A stretch of DNA of 64,000 nucleotides from positions 258 through 64,257 of the forward strand of contig CAZZDD010000004.1 of assembly GCA_964652185.1 (NCBI GenBank), given 5' to 3'. The notes under the pieces were generated by a model. It worked only from the letters and a program-made list of their open reading frames with translations, made no database searches and had not been told where the DNA came from. A program made the position numbers and the translations under genes. Positions 54,561 through 63,000 of the stretch are shown here, piece by piece; positions within the stretch are counted from its first letter, which is position 1, and every line of letters begins with the position of its first letter. The DNA comes from an uncultured Candidatus Peribacteria bacterium (GTDB lineage Bacteria; Patescibacteriota; Gracilibacteria; Peribacterales; Peribacteraceae).

Positions 54561-54788
54561 ATGAGCAAACGCAAGCGCCGCCAAGTGTGCAAGACCTGCG
54601 AGGACCAGAAGAACTTTGACGTGTGGGTGGAGGTCTTGATTCTGGCGGGCTGTGCGGTGTGTGCGAGGCGGCTCGGTCAGGACAACGGCGTGTGCGGGCA
54701 GATTTTGGAAGATGCGGATTCGCCGTTTGGCATTCGAGTAACGTGTGACCCGTGCATCGCCAATCTGCTAGGGCAAGGCAAACTGTAG
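54561..54788 (+). CDS. Small Cys-rich protein
   Basis: RQVCKTCEDQ...AGCAVCARR...CDPC. Confidence 0.4.
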   Translation: MSKRKRRQVCKTCEDQKNFDVWVEVLILAGCAVCARRLGQDNGVCGQILEDADSPFGIRVTCDPCIANLLGQGKL

Positions 54789-54796
54789 GGCGACAA

Positions 54797-55072
54797 ATGA
54801 TTGCAAGCAGAACATTCAGCAGCCACCCGCAAATGGCTGAGGAGATGTGCAGCCCGGAAATGCGGGCGAAGCTAGAGGCATCCGCCAAGGCGCGGAGGCT
54901 GATTCGGGAATTGATCTTCCTGCGCAACAAAGCGGGGATGTCGCTGTTGATGGTCGGACGGGAAAGTGGGCTTGGGTGGAAGCGAATCAGGGAAATTGAA
55001 GGCGGCGAGGACCGCGATGTCACGGTCAACGAACTAGCGGCATACCTCTCGGCGGTGAATCAATCTCTGTAG
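54797..55072 (+). CDS. XRE-like HTH protein
   Basis: LIFLRNKAGMSLLMVGRESGLGWKRIREIEGGEDRDVTVNELAAYLSAV. Confidence 0.5.
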   Translation: MIASRTFSSHPQMAEEMCSPEMRAKLEASAKARRLIRELIFLRNKAGMSLLMVGRESGLGWKRIREIEGGEDRDVTVNELAAYLSAVNQSL

Positions 55073-55080
55073 GGCGAGCA

Positions 55081-55245
55081 ATGAATCCTTGGTTTTCCAT
55101 CATGCTGGCGAACATGGCGGCTCGCCATGCGAGGAACACCCGCCCATCTGCTCCGATGCCAAGGGGCTGGTGGAAGCCGCTTGCGTGGTGCCTAGCGACT
55201 TTGGCGGTGATTGTGGCGGGCGTTGAACTGCTTTATCGGCTGTAG
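55081..55245 (+). CDS. Small TM protein (54 aa, below the track cutoff)
   Basis: Bracketed by two junction motifs. ...WWKPLAWCLATLAVIVAGVELLYRL. Confidence 0.3.
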   Translation: MNPWFSIMLANMAARHARNTRPSAPMPRGWWKPLAWCLATLAVIVAGVELLYRL

Positions 55246-55253
55246 GGCGAGCA

Positions 55254-56561
55254 ATGCGCATGACGGGCGTAACAACGATGCTGGCGGCGTGTCTCTTGGC
55301 GGTTTCGCCAAGCGATGTTGCCGTGGCTCGCGCCGATTACGCTGCATCGGTCGCCCAAGGGCAGGAGCCGCGATACTTGGCGCTGGCTACCGAAGACCCG
55401 AGCCTGATTGCCGCGACCCAATTCATGGTCTGCGTGGCGAGCAAGTCGCAAGTGCTCGATGGGGTGGTCCCGCAACGGATGCCGGGAACGATGCTGCTTC
55501 GGGTGGACTTGCGAGCGTGCGGCTGGTCGGTGGCATCGTGGAAGCACGTTACGGGCTTCAAGAACAACCCGACCACGCCCTACGAAGACGCGCTCATCGT
55601 GGACTGTAATTGGTTCCTGAACGAGCTGGCGGACGGCACGGAGTCGGGAGCGTATTTGGATTTGCTCTTCAATCTCAAGCGTCCGAAGAACGTGGACGAG
55701 TTCCTGGCGGCGTTTGGCATCGACCGGAAGAAGCAAGGCGGCTTGGCGTACGGTGTGATCCCGCAGTCGTCTGGCGTGAATCTGGCGAGCAATGCGGCGA
55801 GGCTTTTGGAGCACTCCGACGGCATTAACGCCGAGGCTTGGATTACGTGGGACGTGACCAAGGTGGAACCGGGCTCTGATCCGCTTGAGGGACTGTTTGC
55901 CGGGGAGTTCAAGTTCGACGGCATCGAGGGGTACGCACTGACCACGCGGGTTATCACTGGCCCGGACGGACGCCCGGAACGTGTGACCATTCCAGTTCCG
56001 TTCCTGGCGAACGCGAAACAGGAAATCGTCTTTGAAGCGCCGGGCAATCTTGTAGCGGACCATACTCGCTTGTTCGGCGACGAAGTGATTCGAGCGCCGG
56101 CTTCTTGCTTCGTTTGCCACACCGATGGAAGCCAGCCGGTCAACGGCAATGCTTTGGCAGAAGCCTTGCGGCAGGGCGTGGAATTGAAGGCTTACGACTA
56201 TGCCCGCCAGCAGCAAATCGAGTTCTACCACTTAGCGGACATCGAGCCAGAGCTTGAGCGTTGGGACCGTGGCTTGGGCATGGCAACCGAGCGCATCAAC
56301 GGGCTGACCACGGCGGAGACGGCGGCGGCTATCAAGCAAGCCATCGCGACTTACCGGGCAGACCTGACGCTAGAGAGCGCAGCTGCCGAGGTCAGTGTGA
56401 CGCCGGATGAGTTGCGGAATGCGTTGGCCCTTGCATCCCGGCGCTACGTCGCTATTGGTGCGCGTCTGGCTGGGCTGGCACACGGGTCTAAAATTCCACG
56501 CAGTTCGTGGGAAGCGGAGCGAATCAAGGTTCAGCAGTACATCAAGGAGTGGCGTCAGTGA
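55254..56561 (+). CDS. Secreted hypothetical protein with a single CxxCH motif
   Basis: Signal-like MRMTGVTTMLAACLLAVSPSDVAVARA. SCFVCHTDG. 435 aa. Confidence 0.5.
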   Translation: MRMTGVTTMLAACLLAVSPSDVAVARADYAASVAQGQEPRYLALATEDPSLIAATQFMVCVASKSQVLDGVVPQRMPGTMLLRVDLRACGWSVASWKHVTGFKNNPTTPYEDALIVDCNWFLNELADGTESGAYLDLLFNLKRPKNVDEFLAAFGIDRKKQGGLAYGVIPQSSGVNLASNAARLLEHSDGINAEAWITWDVTKVEPGSDPLEGLFAGEFKFDGIEGYALTTRVITGPDGRPERVTIPVPFLANAKQEIVFEAPGNLVADHTRLFGDEVIRAPASCFVCHTDGSQPVNGNALAEALRQGVELKAYDYARQQQIEFYHLADIEPELERWDRGLGMATERINGLTTAETAAAIKQAIATYRADLTLESAAAEVSVTPDELRNALALASRRYVAIGARLAGLAHGSKIPRSSWEAERIKVQQYIKEWRQ

Positions 56562-56782
56562 ACGAATCAGCACGCGATTTCCTTGTCAGGGCCGCTAATC
56601 AGGGCGGTCGCGTTGTTAGTTCGGGTGATTTGATTCAGATTCAAATCATCGAGGCTCAGCGCAATGGCGATTTCTGGGTGGACGAAGAAACTGGACTCGG
56701 TTTCGCCATCCTGCCGTGGAAGTTGACAACCATGAACGATAACGCCCGTTACGCAAAAACTGGCGGAGGTCCAACCCAATGA
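56558..56782 (+). CDS. Hypothetical protein
   Basis: GTGA overlap. 74 aa. Confidence 0.4.
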   Translation: MNESARDFLVRAANQGGRVVSSGDLIQIQIIEAQRNGDFWVDEETGLGFAILPWKLTTMNDNARYAKTGGGPTQ

Positions 56783-57672
56783 CCCGCACGAAACTCCTCC
56801 TGCTCATCCTTTCGGCCGCCCTTGCCCTGTTGCCTCTCTCGGGCGCAGGGCAAGCCGGTTGCCGGTCTGTTGCGGTCCATCACGGGCGTCAGCAGTTGGT
56901 GGTGGATTACGTTCAGTCGTATCCTCCGCAGACGTACTACGTCGGGCAGCAGTTGCAGTTGAACGCCCAAGAGGACCGGCTGGCGCAGAAGACGGCCAAG
57001 CTGGTGTTGGAGCAATTGCGGGCGCAGGCGTTGCAGGCTCCGGCGGAAGCGACCCAACAGCCGGAGCGGTTGCCGCTGACGGCGGAAGACCAGTTCTCAC
57101 TTGTCCGTCAATTTTGCACGGGCTGTCACGGAACCAATACGAAGGCCGCTGAGGCGTTCGACATGAGCGACCTAGCATCGCTGACCTGTGAGCAGCGGGT
57201 GCAGATGGCCACTTCGGTCTTGGACGGGCGTATGCCTAAGGGGAAGAAGATTCCGCCGGAAGTCATGGGCAATTTGCTGGGCCAGATTCTCGGCGCTGAC
57301 ACCGCTCCCAATGCTGGCGTGAAACCACGGCCAGCCCCGCGAGTTGAGCAGTTGGAATCCCCGCCGGTGCCGGAGTGGAAATTCCAAAAGGGCGACATTG
57401 TGACATTCGACTTGGAAGGTAGGACGTTGTGCGGGACCGTTATCGGCCACCACAAAACGGACAAGAATACCTCGTACACGATTCTCTTTGGCCCTGGAAC
57501 CGAAGACTCGGATTCCGTTCAGTACGAAATTGCCGAGCACAGGCTGCAATTCGCCAGTCCGGCGCGCCCGCTTTCAACCGCCGCCGAGGCCATGCCGGAG
57601 CGGTGGGAGTCCAAAACGGAGGACGCTCCTCCACAACCAGAACCCAACCAAGAGAGTGAGGTGATCCAATGA
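56779..57672 (+). CDS. Secreted protein with a planctomycete-cytochrome-like (PSCyt1-like) CxxCH segment
   Basis: Signal peptide MTRTKLLLLILSAALALLPLSGAG. FCTGCHGTNTKAAEAFDMSD...LDGRMPKGKKIPPEVMGNLLGQILG. Confidence 0.6.
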   Translation: MTRTKLLLLILSAALALLPLSGAGQAGCRSVAVHHGRQQLVVDYVQSYPPQTYYVGQQLQLNAQEDRLAQKTAKLVLEQLRAQALQAPAEATQQPERLPLTAEDQFSLVRQFCTGCHGTNTKAAEAFDMSDLASLTCEQRVQMATSVLDGRMPKGKKIPPEVMGNLLGQILGADTAPNAGVKPRPAPRVEQLESPPVPEWKFQKGDIVTFDLEGRTLCGTVIGHHKTDKNTSYTILFGPGTEDSDSVQYEIAEHRLQFASPARPLSTAAEAMPERWESKTEDAPPQPEPNQESEVIQ

Positions 57673-57962
57673 GGCCGTTCCTTGCAGCCATCGTCGCTGC
57701 CGTAACGCTGCTCGGCGCAGCGAAGTCTCAAGCGTGTGAGTCCGTCGCCATCGTCGCCCCGAGCTACGCTCAGGCGTTCGTGGCGCAACCTGCCGTGGCG
57801 GCTCCGGTCGTCTATCAGGCGCAGGTGTTCGCTCAGCCGGTGGTCGCGGCCTACTCGACTCCGGTTGTCCAGCAAGTTGTTGTGCAAAAGGTGCAGGTGC
57901 ATCACGCACAGCAGTTCCGCACGCCGGTTCGCTCAGTTCTACGCGGTGGGCGCTGCCGCTAG
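57669..57962 (+). CDS. Secreted low-complexity V/Q/A-repeat protein
   Basis: Signal peptide, then PAVAAPVVYQAQVFAQPVVAAYSTPVVQQVVVQKVQVHH. Confidence 0.5.
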   Translation: MRPFLAAIVAAVTLLGAAKSQACESVAIVAPSYAQAFVAQPAVAAPVVYQAQVFAQPVVAAYSTPVVQQVVVQKVQVHHAQQFRTPVRSVLRGGRCR

Positions 57963-58038
57963 TTAGTACGCCGATGTGGGTCTCGTCGCTGGCCGGGATG
58001 GAACCTGGCTGGCGGCGGTTTTTACCAAGGAACAAACC

Positions 58039-58134
58039 ATGTGGCTCTACCTGCTCGGCGTACCGCTGCTCATTGCTGCCGGCTTCGTCGCCTACTGGAT
58101 TTACGGGTACGAGCGAGAGAATCGGAAGCTGTGA
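58039..58134 (+). CDS. 31-aa single-TM micro-protein
   Basis: AAGGAAC RBS. MWLYLLGVPLLIAAGFVAYWIYGYERENRKL. TGATG overlap with the next ORF. Confidence 0.3.
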   Translation: MWLYLLGVPLLIAAGFVAYWIYGYERENRKL

Positions 58135-58202
58135 TGCTCCCCATCCTGCTAGGCTCGGCGTTGTCGATGCTTTTGGCGTGGCTGGTGGAGAGGAGGATGT
58201 GA
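58134..58202 (+). CDS. 22-aa hydrophobic micro-protein
   Basis: MLPILLGSALSMLLAWLVERRM. TGATG overlaps at both ends. Confidence 0.25.
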   Translation: MLPILLGSALSMLLAWLVERRM

Positions 58203-58474
58203 TGTCGAACTACGGTCTTCAGTTCAGCTTTGGCGTCGATGACGGCGAGTTGGACGGACTGCGCAAAAACGAATGCTTCGTACTTGGGTACGAATTGGCG
58301 ATTGTTCGGGAAGTCTACTGCAAGTTGCCAGAGGGCGGCAGTTGGCCGGTTCACGCCGCGAACAATGACCGCATCTGCCGCGCCGTGCGAGACGCTGACC
58401 GCTGCTACAAGATGCACTACATGGCAAACGACCCAAGCGAATCGCGGATGCAGTTGACGATTTTGCCAAAGTAG
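58202..58474 (+). CDS. Hypothetical protein
   Basis: MSNYGLQFSFGVDDGELDGLRKNECFVLGYE... 90 aa. Confidence 0.45.
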   Translation: MSNYGLQFSFGVDDGELDGLRKNECFVLGYELAIVREVYCKLPEGGSWPVHAANNDRICRAVRDADRCYKMHYMANDPSESRMQLTILPK

Positions 58475-58496
58475 CACACGTAGAACGCAGGACGCC

Positions 58497-58537
58497 GCCC
58501 CGCCCGAGGCATGACGCTTGGTTTCAGCGGGCGGGGC
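58497..58537 (+). repeat. 10-bp perfect GC inverted repeat (hairpin) after the 58202-58474 gene
   Basis: GCCCCGCCCG (58497-58506) pairs with CGGGCGGGGC (58528-58537). No T-tract. Confidence 0.5.
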
Positions 58538-58572
58538 ATGGAAACAACAACCTTGAACACTAGGGCGAAGGG

Positions 58573-58848
58573 ATGACGCAAGAGACAAAGCAGCGATTGG
58601 GCTTTAAGTTGGGCGTGATGGATTGGGTGACCATCATCGGCCTAATCGTTGGCGCTGCGTTGTTCCAAGAGCGGCGATTCGCCAATGTGGAATTAGTCAA
58701 CTCGACACAGCAGGTGGACATCGACCGCAACACGGCGGAGCTAAAAGACGGGAAGTCAATTAGCACGGTTTTGAGCCGCATCGAACAGCATTTGACCGAT
58801 ATTGACAGGCGATTGCAGAAGCTGGAGGACATCGGAGCCAAGCCGTGA
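58573..58848 (+). CDS. N-terminal TM plus coiled-coil protein
   Basis: MDWVTIIGLIVGAALF, then a heptad-like C-terminus (LSRIEQHLTDIDRRLQKLEDI). Confidence 0.45.
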   Translation: MTQETKQRLGFKLGVMDWVTIIGLIVGAALFQERRFANVELVNSTQQVDIDRNTAELKDGKSISTVLSRIEQHLTDIDRRLQKLEDIGAKP

Positions 58849-59051
58849 AACGCTGTCCCTGCGGCGCACCGGGCGAATACTTCATCGGCAAAGAAACCTA
58901 TTGCCACGAGTGCATCCAGCGGAAGTTGCCACGGGACAGCCGGGAAGAAACATTTCGGATGCGGAAGGCGAGAGGGCAGATGGTAGAGGGGGCGGAGAAG
59001 ACACAGCACGGGCGGGTGGGGAATCGGAGAGTTGGGAGACGGAAGAAATGA
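58845..59051 (+). CDS. Small basic Cys protein
   Basis: GTGA overlap. CPCGAPGEYFIGKETYCHEC. Confidence 0.4.
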   Translation: MKRCPCGAPGEYFIGKETYCHECIQRKLPRDSREETFRMRKARGQMVEGAEKTQHGRVGNRRVGRRKK

Positions 59052-59314
59052 ACGAACATGCAGTGGAAGTTAAATCCGATCGCGACAATCCGTTGATTCA
59101 CCGATTCAGCGTAGCAGACAGGTTGTACTGGTGCCTGAACTGGTTGCTTGTTCTTGGCACATCCATCTACTTTGTCTCGGCGACCATGGGCGCAAGATTC
59201 GTGTGTGGGATTGTTGGCGTGTCGATGGCATCATTCTTTATTGGATGGAATCTTCACGCCGCTGGCGTCACGCATGTTCAAGACGAGATCGACGCGGAGA
59301 ACGAAGAGTGTTGA
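59048..59314 (+). CDS. Two-TM membrane protein
   Basis: ATGA overlap. LYWCLNWLLVLGTSIYFVSA and FVCGIVGVSMASFFIGW. Confidence 0.45.
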   Translation: MNEHAVEVKSDRDNPLIHRFSVADRLYWCLNWLLVLGTSIYFVSATMGARFVCGIVGVSMASFFIGWNLHAAGVTHVQDEIDAENEEC

Positions 59315-59559
59315 GCGACAACCCATACCAGAGCCCGGTGGCGGAGTGCGGGCAAGAAGAGTCTCCGCTTGGAAATCTTGCCGTTGCCGTCTTTTGCTTG
59401 GCGGTGTCGGCTTATTTGGCGTGGCTTCGTCAAATGCCGGGAGGCAGTTCAACGGCAGGCACATTTTGGATGTACGCCACAATGGTCATGGGCGCTCTGA
59501 ATTTCGTCAGCGTCGTGAGAATCTGTCGCCGAATCGGTCAACAAGAATTTCAGGAGTAA
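59308..59559 (+). CDS. Two-TM membrane protein with a DNPYQSP N-terminus
   Basis: GTG start overlapping the upstream stop. LSDNPYQSP..., LAVAVFCLAVSAYLAWL and FWMYATMVMGALNFVSVV. Confidence 0.45.
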   Translation: MLSDNPYQSPVAECGQEESPLGNLAVAVFCLAVSAYLAWLRQMPGGSSTAGTFWMYATMVMGALNFVSVVRICRRIGQQEFQE

Positions 59560-59576
59560 CTAAAGGGGCCGCCTGA

Positions 59577-59852
59577 ATGAAACGACAATGCAACGGCGCA
59601 TTTTGGATTATGAAACCAGACGACGGCACACGCCCGCTCCGCGAGGGTTACTCCGTCGATGACGAGACGACGTACTTCCTTCGTCCAAAGGGCGGCGAGA
59701 AAATCAAGTTTCACTACACCAAAACGGAAGCGATCGCCGGCGTGAATCCGATCATCCAGTCGCCGCGTGAAATCGGCGGCGAGGTCTCGGTATGTCTGTT
59801 GTTGGCACTGCTCTTCGGAGCGGTGGTTTCGTTGGTTCTCATCAAGAGGTAA
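59577..59852 (+). CDS. Hypothetical protein with a C-terminal TM anchor
   Basis: ...VSVCLLLALLFGAVVSLVLIKR. Confidence 0.45.
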   Translation: MKRQCNGAFWIMKPDDGTRPLREGYSVDDETTYFLRPKGGEKIKFHYTKTEAIAGVNPIIQSPREIGGEVSVCLLLALLFGAVVSLVLIKR

Positions 59853-60018
59853 ATCGCAAGATAGATAGAGCGGCCGGTTCTAGGACCGCGCCGCACTGAA
59901 TCGGGCTGAAGCCGGAAGTAGCTATCCGGCAAGCAGCTTCTACCTGTGCTGCCTGTAGAAGGGGCGGCGTCGGAACTCGATCCGGCCGCCCTCTCTATTG
60001 CGCACGTGAGTAGAAGCA

Positions 60019-63000
60019 ATGTTGAACATCCTCAAAATCCTCATCCAAGCGGTCGCGGCTATCTGGCCGCTGCTGAAGAAGCACCCCAAGAAGTCGTTGG
60101 TGGCGGCTGCGGGCATCACGACTGCTTCGATGTTCTACTCGGGTGGGGTCACGAACCCGCCGTCGGCAGTCCCAATTGGCGCGGTCACGAACCATCCGGG
60201 TTCGGATGGCGATGCGCTCACATCCAATGGCGACTACACGTTTACGTGGGAGGCGGGTGGCGGTGGTGGCGGCGGGCTCGACATCACGGGCACCGTAGGC
60301 GACGGCGACCTGCTCGCCTACGACGGCACTGACAACACCTACCGCCCGCAGGCGTGGTTCCAAAACGTCAAGAGCATGGTGGGCGGGCGGCGAGCGGCAG
60401 GAGTCAGCGCGCAAACCACGGGAACGGGAACGGCGGCCAGCACGTCGTTAGTCACTGCGGACGGATCATCTTACGAGGCTGGGCATGGCGTGGCGGTGAT
60501 CGGAGCTGGGGCATCGCACGGGCTCAGCGCGCCCACCAACTGCTTTGCGATTCCGAGAACCGTCTATCAAGACACTCCGATTACCGATGATGACGTGGCG
60601 GCGGTGACGTGGACGGCCAATACGACGACGGATCGCCTCATCCTTCCCAATGAGGTGGATTGCAAAGTGGGGCTGGCGATTCCCAATGGGCAGCGCGTGC
60701 GATTCAGCAACCAAGGCGGAGCGTTGCCGACCTATGACGACGGCACTCCGGCGCAACCTATCACGGAAGGCACGAACTACTACCTGGCGCATGCGCCGGA
60801 GGTGCGGACGTTAGCCATCGGAAACACGCCGACTTCCGGCACCTACCGACTGCACTCCTTCTACGATAAGCGGAACCCAGACTTCCACATCAAGAATGAC
60901 CCGCTGCTCTACGTGGACATCCCGTACAACTCGGGACCAGAGGTTCAGACTGTCCGAATTAACGGCAGTCCTACGGGCGGCTCTTTCACGATTACGATTC
61001 CCGGTTACGGAACCACGGGGAGCATCGCTTACAACGCGAGCGCTGGAACGGTTCAAACCGCCATTCAGGCGGTTGCTGGGCTCGGCTCTGTAACTGTTAC
61101 GTCGTCCGGCACGCTGCCATCGGCTGTGACGTACACGATTTCACTGTTGGGGATCAGCCCAATCCGCACGGTGATGACAAGCACGAGCTCCCTGACCGGA
61201 GGCACTCCGTCGATCACGCACGCGATCACAGAAGAGGGTTTTGAAACTCGCATCAGACGCTTGCCGGGGTTCGCCCAGGTTACGGCGATCCAATCGGGAA
61301 CGTCACCCAACTTCACGCACACGATCACATTCACAGGCGTTCCTGGGGCAGCTTCGCTGGTCTACGACACGACCAACATCCTGCCGATCACCACGACCAT
61401 CACGATCACGCAGACAACGGCCGGCGGCTACACGATCCACACCAGCGAAGCCGATGCGATTGCTGGATCGAACGCGCTCGATTTGGACGGCAGTGGAGGA
61501 TCGGGTACGCATCACCTCGAAGTCTACGGGTCCAAGACCTACGACTTCCGGGCGGCGGCGCAATCTGGGAGCGGCGGCGTGTCGCCAGCGGCCAGCACGT
61601 TCAGCACTTCGCTGGGGCCGCAGGAATGCGATGAGCATCAGCAGATTTGCATCGCGATGGACAATCCAGCGGGGACGCGGGGCTTTGCCGTGTGGGGCGA
61701 TCTTTCCACGGATTATCGCCTGCTGGCGCTCTGCAATGCGGTGAACAACGTATATCGCGTCAATTTGGCTGCTGGCGGCTACACCAATTTCAAGGCCGGA
61801 GACATCGGGCGGACGCTGACCAACGGCAGCACGCAGACCGGCACGATCCAGTGTTTTGACAACACGACGCGAAATGTCTGGGTGATTGTCTCCGACAACG
61901 ACACGTTCCCCACTAATGGAGCGACGCTCTCGACGACCAGCGGCACCGGCGGCGGCACGCAATCGGGCGCGGCAGTGAAGGCCGGGTTGTGGATTTACAA
62001 CGGCCGACGCTTCAAGCGGGAATACAACTATTACGCCAACCTGACCCGCCGCAGCGGGGAGAAGTGCTATCCCGGCCAATTGTCCGTCGTGGATGGCTAT
62101 CTCTATCGCTGCCTGGACGTGACCAGCGATCGCCGCCGTGCGCCGGAGATCACGTTCACGATCAACACCTCCGCCAACACGCTCACGATGTCCTCCACGG
62201 CATCGCTGGGCGCATTGTATCTGCGGGCATCGGTTGCATTGCCTGCGACCTCGACGGGGAGGCTCGACGAACGCACGCGGTACTGGCCGCGCACGGTCAG
62301 CGGCTCGACGGTGACGATTCACCCGACCGAAGCGGACGCCACCAACAACACGAACGCGATCGACCTCACCGCCGAAGGAATCGGAACCTATTACGCGCTG
62401 GCCGGGCCAAGCTACTCGACCACCGTGGGGGCCGTGATTACGGATGGAAACACGACCTGGCGGCGCGAGGACATCTGTGTACCTAGGCAGCCGCCGGATG
62501 CTGAGATTGCCAATGCCCTCTTAGCAATGGTGGTTTCTCGTTCCAGCAACACGCTCACTCTCGACACGGCTCTGACAACCAGTGTGACCAGCGCTCTGGT
62601 CTTGCATGACGACACGGACGCGCTGCTGGGTCACTGGAATGTAGTGAAGTCCGCGAGTTCGCGATCCGCAGTGATGTACTTTCCTGTCGGGGAATACAGT
62701 TGCTTCCTGCTGGACCCGCTGGTCGATACGCGGCTGTTCAACAGCACTTTTGGAAGCGGAACCAATTACTACTTGTTCCGGCACGTTGGGACGAATCACG
62801 CTTGGCTCAACTCGCTGTGGAAGGGCGAGGTTGGCACGCGAGTGATCTTTAATGGAACGTGCGTTCCTGGTTCACTCGACAACGGGGACGACTCGCAAGG
62901 GTATGGGTTGCTGCCGCATTCCTTCGGGCGTTGCCGTCCTGTCTTTGAGGACATCAAGTGGTGCAGTTGGCCGACCGGCGTGCAGGCAATCGAGCATTAT

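Larger units (their letters stand above)
54783..55256 (+). repeat. Three copies of a 17-nt stop-to-start junction motif CTGTAGGGCGA(GC/CA)AATG
   Basis: Identical copies at 55067-55083 and 55240-55256. A copy with two mismatches lies at 54783-54799. Each contains the upstream TAG stop and the downstream ATG. Confidence 0.85.

Noticed and set aside
57963-58038. Possible terminator ending in TTTTT at 58016-58020 after the V/Q-repeat gene
   Set aside because: The stem preceding the T-run requires wobble pairs and mismatches. It is not convincing compared with the two clear terminators.
59946-60332. Track ORF of 128 aa at the start of the giant-ORF region
   Set aside because: It is out of frame with the continuous ORF of at least 1327 codons that starts at 60019. 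Its translation (Gly/Arg/His-rich) looks non-coding.
61303-62322. Long - strand ORF (339 aa), and similar long antisense ORFs at 9610-11100, 21843-23084, 47708-48661, 55233-56231, 2883-3863 and 7629-8447
   Set aside because: Their translations are Arg/Ala/Pro/Gly-rich with no motifs. They lie exactly antisense to well-supported + strand genes. This is the typical shadow-ORF pattern of high-GC coding DNA.
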